From: Dictyostelium discoideum
Lineage: Eukaryota
NCBI GenBank assembly: GCA_000004695.1
Contig: CM000153.2
Coordinates: 3,680,001-3,744,000, forward strand
Reading direction: 5' to 3'
DNA: 64,000 nucleotides
This document shows, piece by piece, positions 17,062 to 30,356 of this stretch (the first letter of the stretch is position 1; each line of letters begins with the position of its first letter). A program made the translations under genes and the position numbers. The notes under the pieces were generated by a model. It did not search any database, had not been told where the DNA came from, and worked only from the letters and a program-made list of their open reading frames with translations.

Positions 17062-18105
17062 CTGAAAGATATTGAACAATGATTTAATTTTATTTTAATA
17101 ATAATAAAAATGGATCACTCAAAAATACCCAAAATGATATTAAATTTTAAAAATCATTTTTTAAATTAATTTTTTTTCAGCCATTTTATTTTAAGAATTA
17201 TTTATCATTTATTTTTTTGTAATTGTCTTTTTTATTTCGAGGAACAACTGGAATATATTTTATAAAGATAGATTTGATTATTGAATTGGTATTTTTTTTT
17301 TTTTTTTTTTAATTTGGATTTTTAAAAAAGCTAATACTGGATTTTTTTGATTTAAAATTATAAAAAATAGTTATAACTATTTAATTTAAAATTTTTATTT
17401 TGTCGGGATTTTTTTTTTATTAAAATAGAATATAACCATTCTATTTTTTTTTTTTTTATTAAAATAGAATGGTTATGTTCATTTTTTTATCATTTTGTGT
17501 ATTTTTGAGTGTTCTATTTAGATATACCAAATATCTTTCAATAACAAAAATGATATGATAAATCTTTCTTGATTGAAAAAAAAAGGTAAAAAAAAAAATA
17601 AAAAAATAGATTTTTTCGAGTTTTAGAAATAAAAATAAATAAAGATAAAATTATTAATAAAAATAAAAAATTTTATAGTTGACAACTCATAGTAAAAAAA
17701 TAATAATAACCAAATATTTTTAAACACAACTTTGAGTTTTTTTAATAAAAAAAAAAAAATAAAATAAAAAAAAAAAAAATGAATATAAAAAATTTAATTT
17801 TACAAATTCTCACACTACTGTTTAATATAAATAATTTCTATTTCAATGAGATCTCTAACCCACTCCCCCATTTTAATTGGTGGTATAAAAAAAGAAATAC
17901 AAAAAAAAAAAAAAAAAATAAAAAGTGTTAAATTAATTTAATTTTGCGCTATTAAGGAAACCAAAATGTGAAAAAATATTTAACATTTATAAATACTTTT
18001 TTCAAAAAAATTTTATTATTTTAAACCCCAATATATGAGTATAATCTAAACTTTTTATTTGTTATAAAATAATAATAATAAAAAAAAAAAAAGATTAAAA
18101 AAACT

Positions 18106-18142
<37 letters not shown>

Positions 18143-18144
<2 letters not shown>

Positions 18145-19668
18145 GGAACCAATTACATACGATTATGAAGATCAAGAACCTCCTTCACCATTACAAAATA
18201 TAAAATTAGAAATAAAACAAAAAGAATTATATAATCAAATTAAAAACAATGATAAAATATTATTAATGGAAAATGAAACTATATCAACTGACCAACTCAA
18301 TATTATAAATAAATTTTTAATAAAATTAAAAAAGATCCCAAGTGAAATAAATAAAATTCTAAAATCAAATTTTTTATTATGTATTTGGATGTTTATAAAT
18401 TTATCTTCATTATTAATGAATCAGTAAGTTGTTTATTTTTATCTTTTTTTTTGGGAGAAAAGAAAAAAAAAAAAACTAAAATCAATTAATTAATATTTTT
18501 TTATATTATTCACTATTTTAGAAGTTTAGAAGAAAATTTTAATTTTAATTCATATAACACATTAATAGGTTGTCAATTAATAATTTCATTTATTATTTCA
18601 CATTTTTATCAAAAAATAAAAAAAAAATATCAAATTAGAAAATTAATGGATATAATTTCAATAAATAAAAACAATTGTAATAATAGTAATAATATTGGCA
18701 ATAATAATAATAATAATTATAATGAAGAATATGAAATTAATAGTGAAGATAATATTAGTTTAGATATTAATTATAATAATAATAATAATTATAAAAATAA
18801 TAATAATAATATAATAATATCAATAAAAGAAATGATTATAATAATAATACCATTATCATTCATATTTGTAATTAATTGTATATTCAATAGTAAATTATCA
18901 GAGAGTATAGTTGAATTTTCAAAAACAGTTGTACCATTAACAGTTGTTGGATTACAATTTATTTTAACTAAAAAAAGATATGGTAAATCATTATATTATT
19001 CAATGATTGTTTTAGTTGTTGGGTCATGTATTTTCTTATTAGAACCTAGTGAATCGTTTAATCAATTATTACCAAATTTTAAACAATTCATTCTATCAAT
19101 TATAATCATTTCATTTCTTTCATTAACATTAATTTATTCTCATTCAATATTTTCAACTAGATTATCTACAATCGATCCAATAATAATAATTCATTACTTT
19201 TCACCAATATCTTTAATAATGTTATTACCTTTTATAATTTCAGAGAGATCATCATTAAACTTTTTCATTGAAACTTTTCAAAGTGAAAAAACTTTAAATG
19301 ATATTTATAATTTTTTAATTTGTTTAATAATTAGTGGTATTTTTTCTTATTTTACATGTAAGTGTGTTTTTAACAAATTAATAAAATAAAAAACACTAAT
19401 AATTTTTTTTTTTATTTTTTTTTTAGTTTATATTACATTTATCGCAAATAAAAAATATAATATATTAATTATGTCAATTTCTAGAAATTCAAAATCTGTA
19501 TTATTGAAATTATTTTCAAGTGGAGTATTTCATGAACCAATTTCAAATAGTAATTGGTTAGGATTTTTTATTTCAAGTGCTGGAATTTTAATATCCTATC
19601 AAAACTCTGATAGTGAAATAGATATTGATAATAAAACTGATGATATTGATACTGAACGTCAAAATTAA
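18143..19668 (+). CDS. TPT/nucleotide-sugar-transporter-like (SLC35/DMT superfamily) membrane protein. Exons: 18143..18423, 18522..19357, 19427..19668.
   Basis: Three ORF segments join through GTAAGT...AG introns with matching phases. There are multiple TM helices. The C-terminal ...WLGFFISSAGILISYQ is typical of TPT transporters. Exon 2 carries an N-rich insert. Confidence 0.55.
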
Positions 19669-20006
19669 AAATTAAAACAAATACAAACAATATTGTATAA
19701 TAGTATAATTCAGTCAAATATACCCAAATAATTAGAAATTAATATGGTTAACTCCAAATCCATTCAATTCAATGGCAATTATTTAATTGGAATTGCTCAA
19801 AATTAATTTTAAAAATAAAAAAATTAAAATAGGTAAAATAAATATACAAAATAAAAAAATCAAATAAATAATAATAGTTTTAATAAAAAATTAACAGACT
19901 AGAAAATAACAAATAAATTATTATTATTTTTTTTTTTTTTTTTTTTTTTTCTGGTTATTTATTTTTTTTTTTTTTTTCTTCAATTTGATTATTTTTTTAT
20001 TATTAT

Positions 20007-20537
20007 ATGTTTGTACCGCCCATGTTGATTATGTTAAAAGTTCTGGATATACTTGTGCTTTTTGTGAAATTCTTTCACCTGGTCGTCATGCTAGTCATTT
20101 TGGTGTTTGTAGAAGAATTCAATGTTTTGTGGGTTTTGATGTTCAGTTCACCAAAATCAGGCTCTGGATCAGGTTTAAAGAGTGATTTTTTCTGGGCATC
20201 AGGTAATGCAAATCCATGTCCATCCGGATGGTCAGTGGAATACCCAGTTAGAACTGCATCAATTAAAAATAATCAATTAACTTGGTACTGGTGTGCAGAT
20301 ATATTGGATGTTGGTGGCTTGATGAGCAATATACATTTCTCATCAGTGCTAAATTGTGGTGGTTATCAAGCCTATATTATTGGTACAATCACCTTCTCAA
20401 CAACCAATAGATATTTGGTTAATTCATTTTGTTCAAATGAAGGTGATATGGTTGAATCAAATTCTAAACCAATAACATCTGATTCTACTAAATATCTATG
20501 TTCAAAAGGAAAAGGAACAATCAATCACAGATGTTAG
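20007..20537 (+). CDS. Hypothetical 176-aa protein with a hydrophobic N-terminus and a Cys-containing C-terminal region. A degenerate partial duplicate lies just downstream.
   Basis: An uninterrupted ORF. There is no family assignment. The segment 20326..20372 is repeated at about 80% identity at 20596..20650. Confidence 0.3.
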   Translation: MFVPPMLIMLKVLDILVLFVKFFHLVVMLVILVFVEEFNVLWVLMFSSPKSGSGSGLKSDFFWASGNANPCPSGWSVEYPVRTASIKNNQLTWYWCADILDVGGLMSNIHFSSVLNCGGYQAYIIGTITFSTTNRYLVNSFCSNEGDMVESNSKPITSDSTKYLCSKGKGTINHRC

Positions 20538-21083
20538 GTACCTAGAAAATGGTTATACAGTAACAGCTCCTTCATGTACAGGTTTGTATTAGTGTAAGAT
20601 ACATTTCTCATCAGTTCTTAACCGTGGTGGTTACAGAGCCTATTCGAAGGTTTTAAAGATGATCTACTAAAATGAATATCAACAATCTATCACCAATTCA
20701 AATACTTTGTTTATAATATGAATAATACTTTATCAATAACAATTCATGATTCGACCGGCCACTCTAAAATATTCGAATACAAAAAATTAAAAATTAACTC
20801 TTTCAAAATATCTGAGCAATTTTAAAGATCCAAATGATCGTTTCTTTAAGTAATAATAAATTAAGAAAATAAACATATATTTAAAAAAAAAAAATTTTAA
20901 ATATGGATAAATCAGTGTTTATCCATATTTAAAACTGGATATTTTAAAAAAAAATAATAAAAATAAAGACAGTACTTTATTTTAAATTAATTTCTTTATT
21001 TGATTGACCTTTTTTTATTTTTTTTTTTAATTTTTTTTTATTTTTTTTTTTACTTTTTCAAATTTTGCTGACACCCTTAGTTT

Positions 21084-21125
<42 letters not shown>

Positions 21126-21202
21126 GTTTCTTCAACATCATATTAAATTTTTTTTTTTTTTTCTAGAATTCTCATTTTTTAAAAAAAAAAAAAATAGTAA
21201 CA

Positions 21203-23163
21203 ATGGCAACAAATATATCAACATCACCAAAAGAAGATGTTCCAAAAGAAAAATTTCATTTAGATAGTAGTGTATTTAAATAAATAAATAAAATAAAATA
21301 AAAAATAAAAATAAAATAAAATAAAAATAAATAAAATAAATATTAATGATTATTTATTAATTTTAATTTTAATTTTAAAAAGTTTTAAATTTTTCACAAA
21401 CATCACAAATTCAATTTGGTTTAAGATTACAAGATTATAAAAAGTATAGACAATATTGTAGTAAAAGAATTCAACGTTTAAGAAGTCAATTAAGAAAACA
21501 ATATGGTAAAAAGAATTATGTTAATAAGATTGTACTTAATGGTGGAGAGACAGAAAAACAAATTAATGATGTTAGATATTTACAAATTTCATTATTAAAG
21601 ACTGAAAGGGCATGGAGTTATGCAATGGATTTGAAAGCACAATTTGAAAAGGATAACGATTCACGTATTGGTTTTCATATGAATAGAAGATTTGGTAAAG
21701 CATCAAGAAATTCAACACAACTCTATGAACTTTGTAAATTGGTAGCTGATCAATATACAATCATCGAGGCACATGCTTATTCCTCTTGGATGGCATCATC
21801 ATTGTCATTGACTAAACAGGATTTCAAAAAGGCATTAGAAGAAATCAACATTTCAAAAACAATTTATGAAAAACTCTCTGAACAAGGTGACCATTCTCAA
21901 AAAGAATTATATCAAAAAAGAATTGAAGAAACTGAACCAATCATTAGATTTTGTTTATATAATCTTAAAAATGAAAAGAATACTTCTAATAAAGTTTCAC
22001 AAAATACATTAACAATTATTGAACAATCTTTAGAAGAATTAAAAAATCAAGAAAATAAAAAGAAATCGTCAACTTCTTCAACTACTACCACTACCGCTAC
22101 AACAACAATTGAATGGAAATCAAAATCAATTAAAGTTGATGAAAAACTTGATGAAAAATTAAAAATATTTAATGAATTTAAAAAAGAGAATGAAAATAAA
22201 TTACCAAAGAATATTAATGCATCAATTGATACAACATCAAATATTTCACCAATTTTCAATATTTATGATAAATTGGTTTATAATTTAATCAATTGTGAAA
22301 CCATTGTAAAGAATGATCTATCAACATTGGTTAGAGTAAACTTAAAGAATAAATCGGTAAAGAGTGAAATTGAAGAACAATCAACTAGAATACTCTTGGC
22401 CTACATTATGTATCATAAAATGAAGTATCTCTATGAGAGAAATTCAATTTTAATCACAATGATGCAAAGAGTATTGGATGGTGAAAAGGTGGATGAATCT
22501 GCAATTAAAAAGAAAGTTAAGAAAGTAACTTGGAATGATTTGGTACGTTTATCAACTCATCAAGTTAAAGTCTATACAATCATGAGTGAAAGTAGGGATA
22601 CCGATTCAAATAAAGAGATTGCAAGAGACCAAGATGCTCAGCTAATCCTATTGAAATCTATTAGACTCTATTATATTGCAGTTTGTTTAGCTAAATCTTT
22701 GAAATTCTCTGAAACTATGGCTGTATTGGATAGAGTACTTACAAACATTCAAAATGTTCGTAAAACCAATACTAAAAATCAACAAATTCTTAATGATACA
22801 AATGAATTGGAATCAAATATAAAGAAACAAAGATCACAAATTCATGCAAACTCTTTCATTCAACAATTGTCAGAGAATCAAGATTTAAAAAATCAAATGT
22901 CTTCTTTATCAATTGGTGGTATTACCACTGCCTCTGGCAAATCAAATGATTTAATCTCTGGTTTAGATTCATTCGATACCTCTTTCTTGACTGAAAAGAA
23001 ATTGGTTCAATTACCACCACAACTTCAACCTGTTCAAGCCAAACCAATCTTTTTCGATTTAGCTTTCAATAGTGTTACTTTCCCATCATTAGATCAAAGA
23101 AAGAAAGGTAGTTCAACTGGTACTCCTTCAAAAGGTTTATTTGGTTTTTGGGGTAGAGGTTAA
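21203..23163 (+). CDS. srp68: Signal recognition particle 68-kDa subunit (SRP68). Exon 1 is 21203..~21269 and exon 2 is 21383..23163.
   Basis: After splicing the sequence reads ...LNFSQTSQIQFGLRLQDYKKYRQYCSKRIQRLRSQLRKQYGKKNYVNKIVLNGGETEKQINDVRYLQISLLKTERAWSYAMDLK..KTIYEKLSEQ...EPIIRFCLYNL. This tracks human SRP68 ([41 protein letters not shown]...LLVLMDAERAWSYAMQLK...CKTIYEKLASAF..ISPNIRYCAYNIG). The exon-1 donor could be at 21266 or 21269. Confidence 0.85.
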
Positions 23164-23416
23164 AATTTTTTAATTTTAAAAATAATAATAACTAAAAATA
23201 AAAAAATAAACAATTAACCATAATATTAAAAAAAAAACATTAAAAAAATTAAATAATTAAAAATTTAAAAATAAAAAAATAAAAAAAAAAAAAATGGAAA
23301 AGAAAAATCCATTTCTTGTCGGTTGGTTTTGATTAAAAGATTAAAAACTGTTTTTTTTTTTTTATTTTTTTATTTTTTTTTTTTATTTTTAATTTTGTGA
23401 TTAAAAATTTTGTTTT

Positions 23417-23456
<40 letters not shown>

Positions 23457-23535
23457 TAAAGTTTGCATTGTTAATAACCCCTATTCGGATTATTACAAAA
23501 TTAAATAAAATAAATAAAATTTTATATAATGTATA

Positions 23536-25269
23536 ATGGCTTCACAATATACTAAATTACAATCAATTGAGGTTGAGGATAATTTATTATTACCCTATCA
23601 AGTTTCAAATCCGACACAAAAGAAATCACAAAATAAATTTGCATCTTATTTTTATAGAGTGTAAAATTATTTACCTACAAACAAAAAAAAAAAAAAACTA
23701 AATTTTTCCATATTTCTATGCGCATATTAATTTTTTTTTTTTTTTTTTTGCACTAATTATTATAATTTTTTAGAAAAGGATACATAATAAAGAAATGGAA
23801 AATTTTATTATTATTAATGTTTGTATTATTATTAATTGCTGGTGTTATTTTAATTCCAGTTTTAGTTTTAAGATGTAAGTTTAAATAATAATAAAAATTA
23901 TTATAATATGTAAATTTACATATTAACCAATTGTTATTTTTATTATTAAAAAAAAAAAAAAAAAAAAAAAAAAGATAAAACATCAACAATATCGGATCAA
24001 TGTGATGAATATGGTAAAGAGATTATTAATAATGCAGTACAAAAAGGTACAGAAGCATATAGTAGATTATCAACATTGGTAACATTATTTCCAGGTAGAT
24101 TATCAGGTAGTGAACAATTAGAGAATGCAATCGATTGGATACAAGATATGATGTTAGATGATGGATTTGATTTAGTTAAAACCGATGATGTTGAAGTTAC
24201 ACATTGGGTTAGAGGTGATGAAAGTGCAACTATTTTACAACCATACCATAGAAAAATGAATATGTTGGGATTGGGTGGATCAATTGCAGGTAATGTTACG
24301 GCAGAGGTTATTGTAGTATCAAGTTTTGATGAATTGGATACACTTCAAGATCAAGTTAAAGGTAAAATAGTATTATTCAATGCAATTTTCACCAACTATT
24401 CATCCACTGTTCAATATAGAAGTGGTGGTGCATCTGCAGCCGCAAAATATGGTGGTGTTGCAGCATTGGTTAGATCTATTACACCCTACAGTTTAGGTAC
24501 ACCACATACTGGTGTAATGTTTTATCAGGATGGTATCGACAAAATTCCAACTGCTGCCATTACATTGGAAGATGCAGATTTAATTCAAAATTTAGCAATA
24601 TTGAATCAAACAGTGATTGTAAATTTATATATGGAAGCACAAACTATGCCAACTAATGCAATCAGTAGAAATGTTATGGCACAAATTAATGGCTCCACTT
24701 ATCCTGATGAAGTGGTTGTAATTGGTGGTCATACAGATTCTTGGGACGTTGCACAGGGTGCAATGGATGATGGTGGTGGTATAGTTGTCGCATGGGAAGC
24801 ATTAAGATTAATAAAATCATTGGGTATCATACCAAAGAGAACTATTAGAGTAGTGGGTTGGACAAATGAAGAAAATGGTGCCGCTGGTGGTGCTGCTTAT
24901 GCTCAACTCTATACCAATGAAACTTTCTTCTCTATTGAATCTGATATTGGTGTAACTCAACCATTAGGTTTCAATGTTATGGCATCAGAACAAACTATCA
25001 CTGATTTACAATTGATCGCTGATAAAGTTTTATCACCAATTAAAACAACTTCAATCGTAGAAGGTGAAGTTGGTACTGATAATGGTTTCTTGGTTTCAAA
25101 TGGTAAACCTGGTGCTCAATTAATCACTGATGAATCAAAATATTTTTGGTATCATCATACAGCTGGTGATGCTATGGATAAAATGGACCCTTCTCAAATG
25201 AATCAATGTGTTGCTGCAATGGCAACAATGGCATTATGTATTTCAAATTGGGTTGGTCAATTAAATTAA
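23536..25269 (+). CDS. Carboxypeptidase Q / plasma glutamate carboxypeptidase homologue (M28 family). Model: 23536..23660, 23774..23874, 23975..25269. Alternative start at the ATG at 23817 in exon 2.
   Basis: The mature region VTLFPGRLSGSEQLENAIDW...TAEVIVVSSFDEL...IPTAAITLEDA...GGHTDSWDVAQGAMDDGGG...WTNEENGAAGG...WYHHTAGDAMD aligns with human CPQ (PRLSGSKNLEKAIQ...GHLDSWDVGQGAMDDGGG...WTAEEQGGVGA). A TM/signal anchor (KKWKILLLLMFVLLLLIAGVILIPVLVL) lies in exon 2. A 5' exon (MASQYTKLQ...FYR) joins in frame through a GTAAAA...TTTTTTAG intron. Confidence 0.8.
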
Positions 25270-25298
25270 ATAATAATAATAATAATAATAAAAACTGG

Positions 25299-25330
<32 letters not shown>

Positions 25331-25429
25331 GAATAATAATAAATCTGTAAACTACTATATACATGCTTTAAATTTTTTTAATTTTTCTATATTTTTTTTT
25401 TTAATTTTTTTTTTTATATAAATAGATTA

Positions 25430-26121
<692 letters not shown>

Positions 26122-26473
26122 TATTTATAAATTTAAGAATGATTCAAAAAATTAAAAAAAAAATAAAAATAAAATGAAAAAAAAAATTTTGATCGTTTTT
26201 TAAGTTTTTTTTTGCGCAAAAATTTATAATGCTTTTTTTTATTTTTTATTTTTTATTTTTTTTTTTTTTTTTTATTTTTTTAATTTTTTAAAACTTTAAT
26301 TAACCCTTGTAAGTAATCATTTTCCAGAAAAAAAAAAATAAAAAAAATAAAAAATAAAAAATAAAAAATCTTTTTTTTTTTTTTTTCAAAAAAATTTCAA
26401 AAACTTCACACTTCACGCTCTAATAATAATATATCATACAATACTTTTTAAAAAATAAAATAAAAAAAGAAAA

Positions 26474-26786
26474 ATGCAAGCTAAATTTGAAGAATTTTTT
26501 CAAAAAGTTAAAAATCAAACAACTTATGATGAAGAAGAATTATTTAAATTAGTTGAATTATCAAAAGTTACCCAAGAGGATAAAAAAGAAAAAGTTGCAA
26601 ATTTTGCAAATATTTTATTTAAATTAACAAAATCAACACCATCAGATTCAATAAATGCAACTATCATCAAACAAGTCAATGATGATGCTCGAAAATATAT
26701 TGATGAAGTTGGCGATGATGTTAATGTTAGTTTTACAATTGCTTTAATTTTCGTTACAATTGTAAGATTATTATATTATTATATTA

Positions 26787-26882
<96 letters not shown>

Positions 26883-27930
26883 TCATCTCCATTTTATCAA
26901 CAAACTTACTAATTAATTATAAATTATCACAGATACAATTATTTAAACAAGATGCAAGTATTAATTCACTCCTTAATAATGCATCAACAATTTTAGTAAA
27001 TATCCTTTATAAACAAGGTAATCACATTGATTCAATGGATTTATTAATTGAAACTTTTGAAATACTTGTATGTATAATAAATTTTTAATAAAAAAAAAGA
27101 AATAAAAATAATAATAATAATAATAATTATAATAATATTAATTTATTCATTTTATATTTCATTTGTTTTTTTTATCATAGTCAAAAAAAACAAATGATGA
27201 AAATAAAAGAATGTATTATGTATCAAGAAGTAATGAAATTGCTCGTTATAAATCTGATTTCCAATCTGGTAAACAAGTTGTAAGCTATTATAATATTAAT
27301 AATAATGTATAATAAAGATATATTTTTTAACATAATATATTTTATATATATATTTATATATATATAGAAACTTTCACCAACATCATCAGAAAAACTTCAA
27401 AAAGCATTTACCTATAAAGAAAAAGGTACTGATGCATTTAAAAAAAGTGATTGGAAAGGTGCAATTTTTAATTATCATTGTGTATGTAATTTTTTTTTTA
27501 AATTATTTTCAATATTTATTATTATTATAATTATTAATATTAATATTAAAATTTAATATAATAGGCAAATAATTATGTAACAGGATTAATGGGGTTAGGA
27601 GATGAAGAAGATACAATTTCAAAGAATTTAGTATTAGTTTTAACAAATAATATTGCAATTTGTAATATGAAATTAGGTAAATTCAAAAGATCAATCGAAT
27701 TATTAGATCAAGTTTTAAAGAGTGATCCAAACAATGTCAAAGCATTATATAGAAGAGGTAAATGTTTGGTAGCAGAGAAAGAATATATACATGCTGAAGA
27801 AGATTTAGAAAAAGCTCTAACTCTCACTCCAAATGATAAAGAAATTATAGCTGAATTGAAAATTTGTAGACAAAAATCAAATGAATTCAAAAAGGTTGAA
27901 GCAAAAGCTTATAGTAAAATGTTTGATTAG
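26474..27930 (+). CDS. TPR-repeat protein with a TTC9/FKBP-type TPR C-terminus. Five exons: 26474..26761, 26933..27067, 27181..27279, 27370..27483, 27565..27930.
   Basis: All junctions are phase 0 with GTAAGA/GTATGT/GTAAGC/GTATGT donors and (T)nAG acceptors. The C-terminal sequence ...AFTYKEKGTDAFKKSDWKGAIFNYHCANNY...NIAICNMKLGKFKRSIELLDQVLKSDPNNVKALYRRGKCLVAEKEYIHAEEDLEKALTLTPNDKEI...YSKMFD is a canonical 3xTPR unit resembling TTC9C. Intron 1 contains (TAT)n. Confidence 0.6.
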
Positions 27931-28076
27931 AATAATAAAAATGTATTTGAAAATATTAATATCCATATATTGTCAAAAAAAAAAATATATATATATAACC
28001 TTTTTTTTATTAATTGTTTTTTTATTTTTTTGTTTTTTTTTTTTTTTGTTTTGTTTTGTTTTTTTTTTTTTTTTTT

Positions 28077-29133
28077 TTATAAAACAAATTTCTTTCTATC
28101 AACATCCATATTATGTTGATGAAGATGAATATATTCACCAGTTGAAGTATTGAAAGAACCTTTTTGAAGTGATTTTAATTTTAAAGTGAAACGTGGTCCT
28201 AATTCTTGTACGTTTGCATCTTCTTTTGATTCGAAAATATAACGATGTTGTCTAAAAAATATGAAATCACGTTGATTATGAAGTGTACAAACTCTACGAC
28301 CTTTAAAATTTGGATCTTGTGCAAACATTGATGCAAACATTCTACCAATTGAATGACCTAAACGTGTTGTAAAATTATTAACAATTAATTCTGCTTTATG
28401 TGATGTCATTTCACCACCACCTGGTATATCCTCTGGCATAACTAAATTTGTTAATCTAAATACTGCTGTTGGTCCATTTGGTAAATGTGAAATTGTTAAT
28501 TCATCTATATAAAAAATAAAAAAAATAAAAAAATAAAATAAAAAAAAACCAGTTAATAATTATGAATATTATAAATATTATAAATATATATATATATATA
28601 TATTTACCTATAATTCCTTTTGTTTCATTTACAACAATAATATCAGTATAATCTCTATTATTACAAAATTGAACGATTTCTTTTAAATGATATTTTCTAC
28701 GATGAAAGAATTCACAATTTGGTAAAAGTTTAGTAAATACTTGAGCAAACTCAACGGCTTCTTTAGTTGATCTTTGATTTGTGGTTACTACAATCTTTGG
28801 TACTCTACCATCGAAATAGGATTCAAATTCATCCTTATTAATTTCTTCTTCAAATTCTTTATCATTCTCTGTATCTACAATGGTTTCATCAGCTCTTCTC
28901 ATAGATTCAATGGTTCTTGGTACTTCTTTGGCTGGTGCTGCATCACCTAATATCTCTCTTTCTTTCTTTCTTTGTTTTCTTGCTTTTTCTCTTGCAGTTT
29001 TCTTTGCTGCTTGAAGTTTTTGTACTAATAAAACCCTTTTGGCTTTACATTTTATATCTGTTGGTGATCTTCTTAATTTTAATTCTTCTTTTGTTAAATC
29101 ATCTTTATCAACTTCTTTTTTTGGTTTTACCAT
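28077..29133 (-). CDS. rpf1: Ribosome production factor 1 (RPF1, a Brix-domain protein). Exons: 29133..28611 and 28507..28077.
   Basis: A Lys/Arg-rich N-terminus, then PKIVVTTNQRSTKEAVEFAQVFTKLLPNCEFFHRRKYHLKEIVQFCNNRDYTDIIVVNE and ...[74 protein letters not shown]...KFVL. This is close to human RPF1 ([53 protein letters not shown]...[18 protein letters not shown]). GTAAAT donor. Confidence 0.85.
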
Positions 29134-29395
29134 TTTTTTATTTTATTTATTTTTTTTTTTTTTTTTCACTCCCCACAAATACAAAAAAACTTTAATTGAA
29201 AAAAAAAAAAAGATTTATAAATAAAAAAAAGTTTTTTTAAAAAACGATTGTTTTTTCGCTTTTTTCGGTTTTTTTTTTTTTTTTTTTTTTTTTTCTCAAA
29301 ATTAATTTTATTTTAATTAAATTTTTTTTATTTTTTATTTTTTATTTTTTATTTTTAATTTTTTTTTTTTTAATTTTTATTTATTTAAAAAAAAG

Positions 29396-29917
29396 ATGAC
29401 AGAATCAACATTAATTTCAACAGAAATAAATTCAGATTTATTCAAAGATATTAAAAAGATTAGATATGATGTTTTTGTAATTGAACAAGAATGTCCAGAA
29501 GAAGAGGAATGGGATGAATATGATGAAAAAGCAAAACATCTTTTATTAAAGATTAATGGTGATTCAGTTGGATGTGCAAGATGGAGAAAGATTTATTATC
29601 CAGATTATCAAGGTAATATGGATTGTGATGTTATAAAGATGGAAAGATTCGCAGTATTAAAACAATTTAGAGGTAAAAACTATGGTAAAGAATTGGTTAA
29701 AAAAGTAGTTCAAGAAATTTACCAAAAAACAAACATTGAACAAAACACTGATTATCCATTATTCATGATTAATGCTCAACAATATGTTGAAAAATTTTAT
29801 CAATCACTTGGTTTTGAAACTGATAAAAATATTCCAATCTTTTATGAAGCTGGTATTCCACATGTCCGTATGATCATTCCAAAAGATACTATAAAAAATT
29901 TATATTTTTCAAATTAA
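29396..29917 (+). CDS. GNAT-family N-acetyltransferase, 173 aa.
   Basis: A single ORF. The segment FAVLKQFRGKNYGKELV resembles acetyl-CoA-binding motif A (Q/R-x-x-G-x-G/A). It is divergently arranged with RPF1 across a 260-bp AT-rich spacer. Confidence 0.7.
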   Translation: MTESTLISTEINSDLFKDIKKIRYDVFVIEQECPEEEEWDEYDEKAKHLLLKINGDSVGCARWRKIYYPDYQGNMDCDVIKMERFAVLKQFRGKNYGKELVKKVVQEIYQKTNIEQNTDYPLFMINAQQYVEKFYQSLGFETDKNIPIFYEAGIPHVRMIIPKDTIKNLYFSN

Positions 29918-29922
29918 TTATT

Positions 29923-29983
<61 letters not shown>

Positions 29984-30356
29984 ATGACATATTAAAAAAA
30001 ATTTTTTTTTATAAATTAATAATTTCAATATTATTTATCATTATTGATATTATATTTTTTTTAATTTTTTTTTCTTTATATCCATGAAAGTCAATTATCA
30101 AATAATTTAATTAACCTTTAAAAGTTTTTTTTTTTTTTTCAAAGTTAAATTAAATTTTGTACTTTATGAATTCATTTTTTAAATGGGTCTTATATTTTTT
30201 TGTTATAAAGTAGAAAAATATTTTGAATTTTTTTGATCATTATTTATAAAAATCTTAAACAGACGATAATAATAAAATATTTTTTAAAAAATATTACTAA
30301 AAATTCCAGTATTTGATTTTATTTTTTTCGGTATTTTTACAAAAATTTTCATGTGA

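Noticed and set aside
23536-23664. Treating MASQYTKLQ...FYRV as a separate 42-aa gene.
   Set aside because: A clean GTAAAA...TTTTTTAG intron links it in frame to the CPQ signal-anchor exon, so it is more parsimonious as exon 1. It is still flagged as uncertain.
26474-27088. The track shows 26474..27088 as one 204-aa ORF containing 40 Tyr.
   Set aside because: The poly-Y is the in-frame (TAT)n intron. GTAAGA at 26762 and the AG at 26931/26932 remove it, and the downstream exons are only reached by further splicing.
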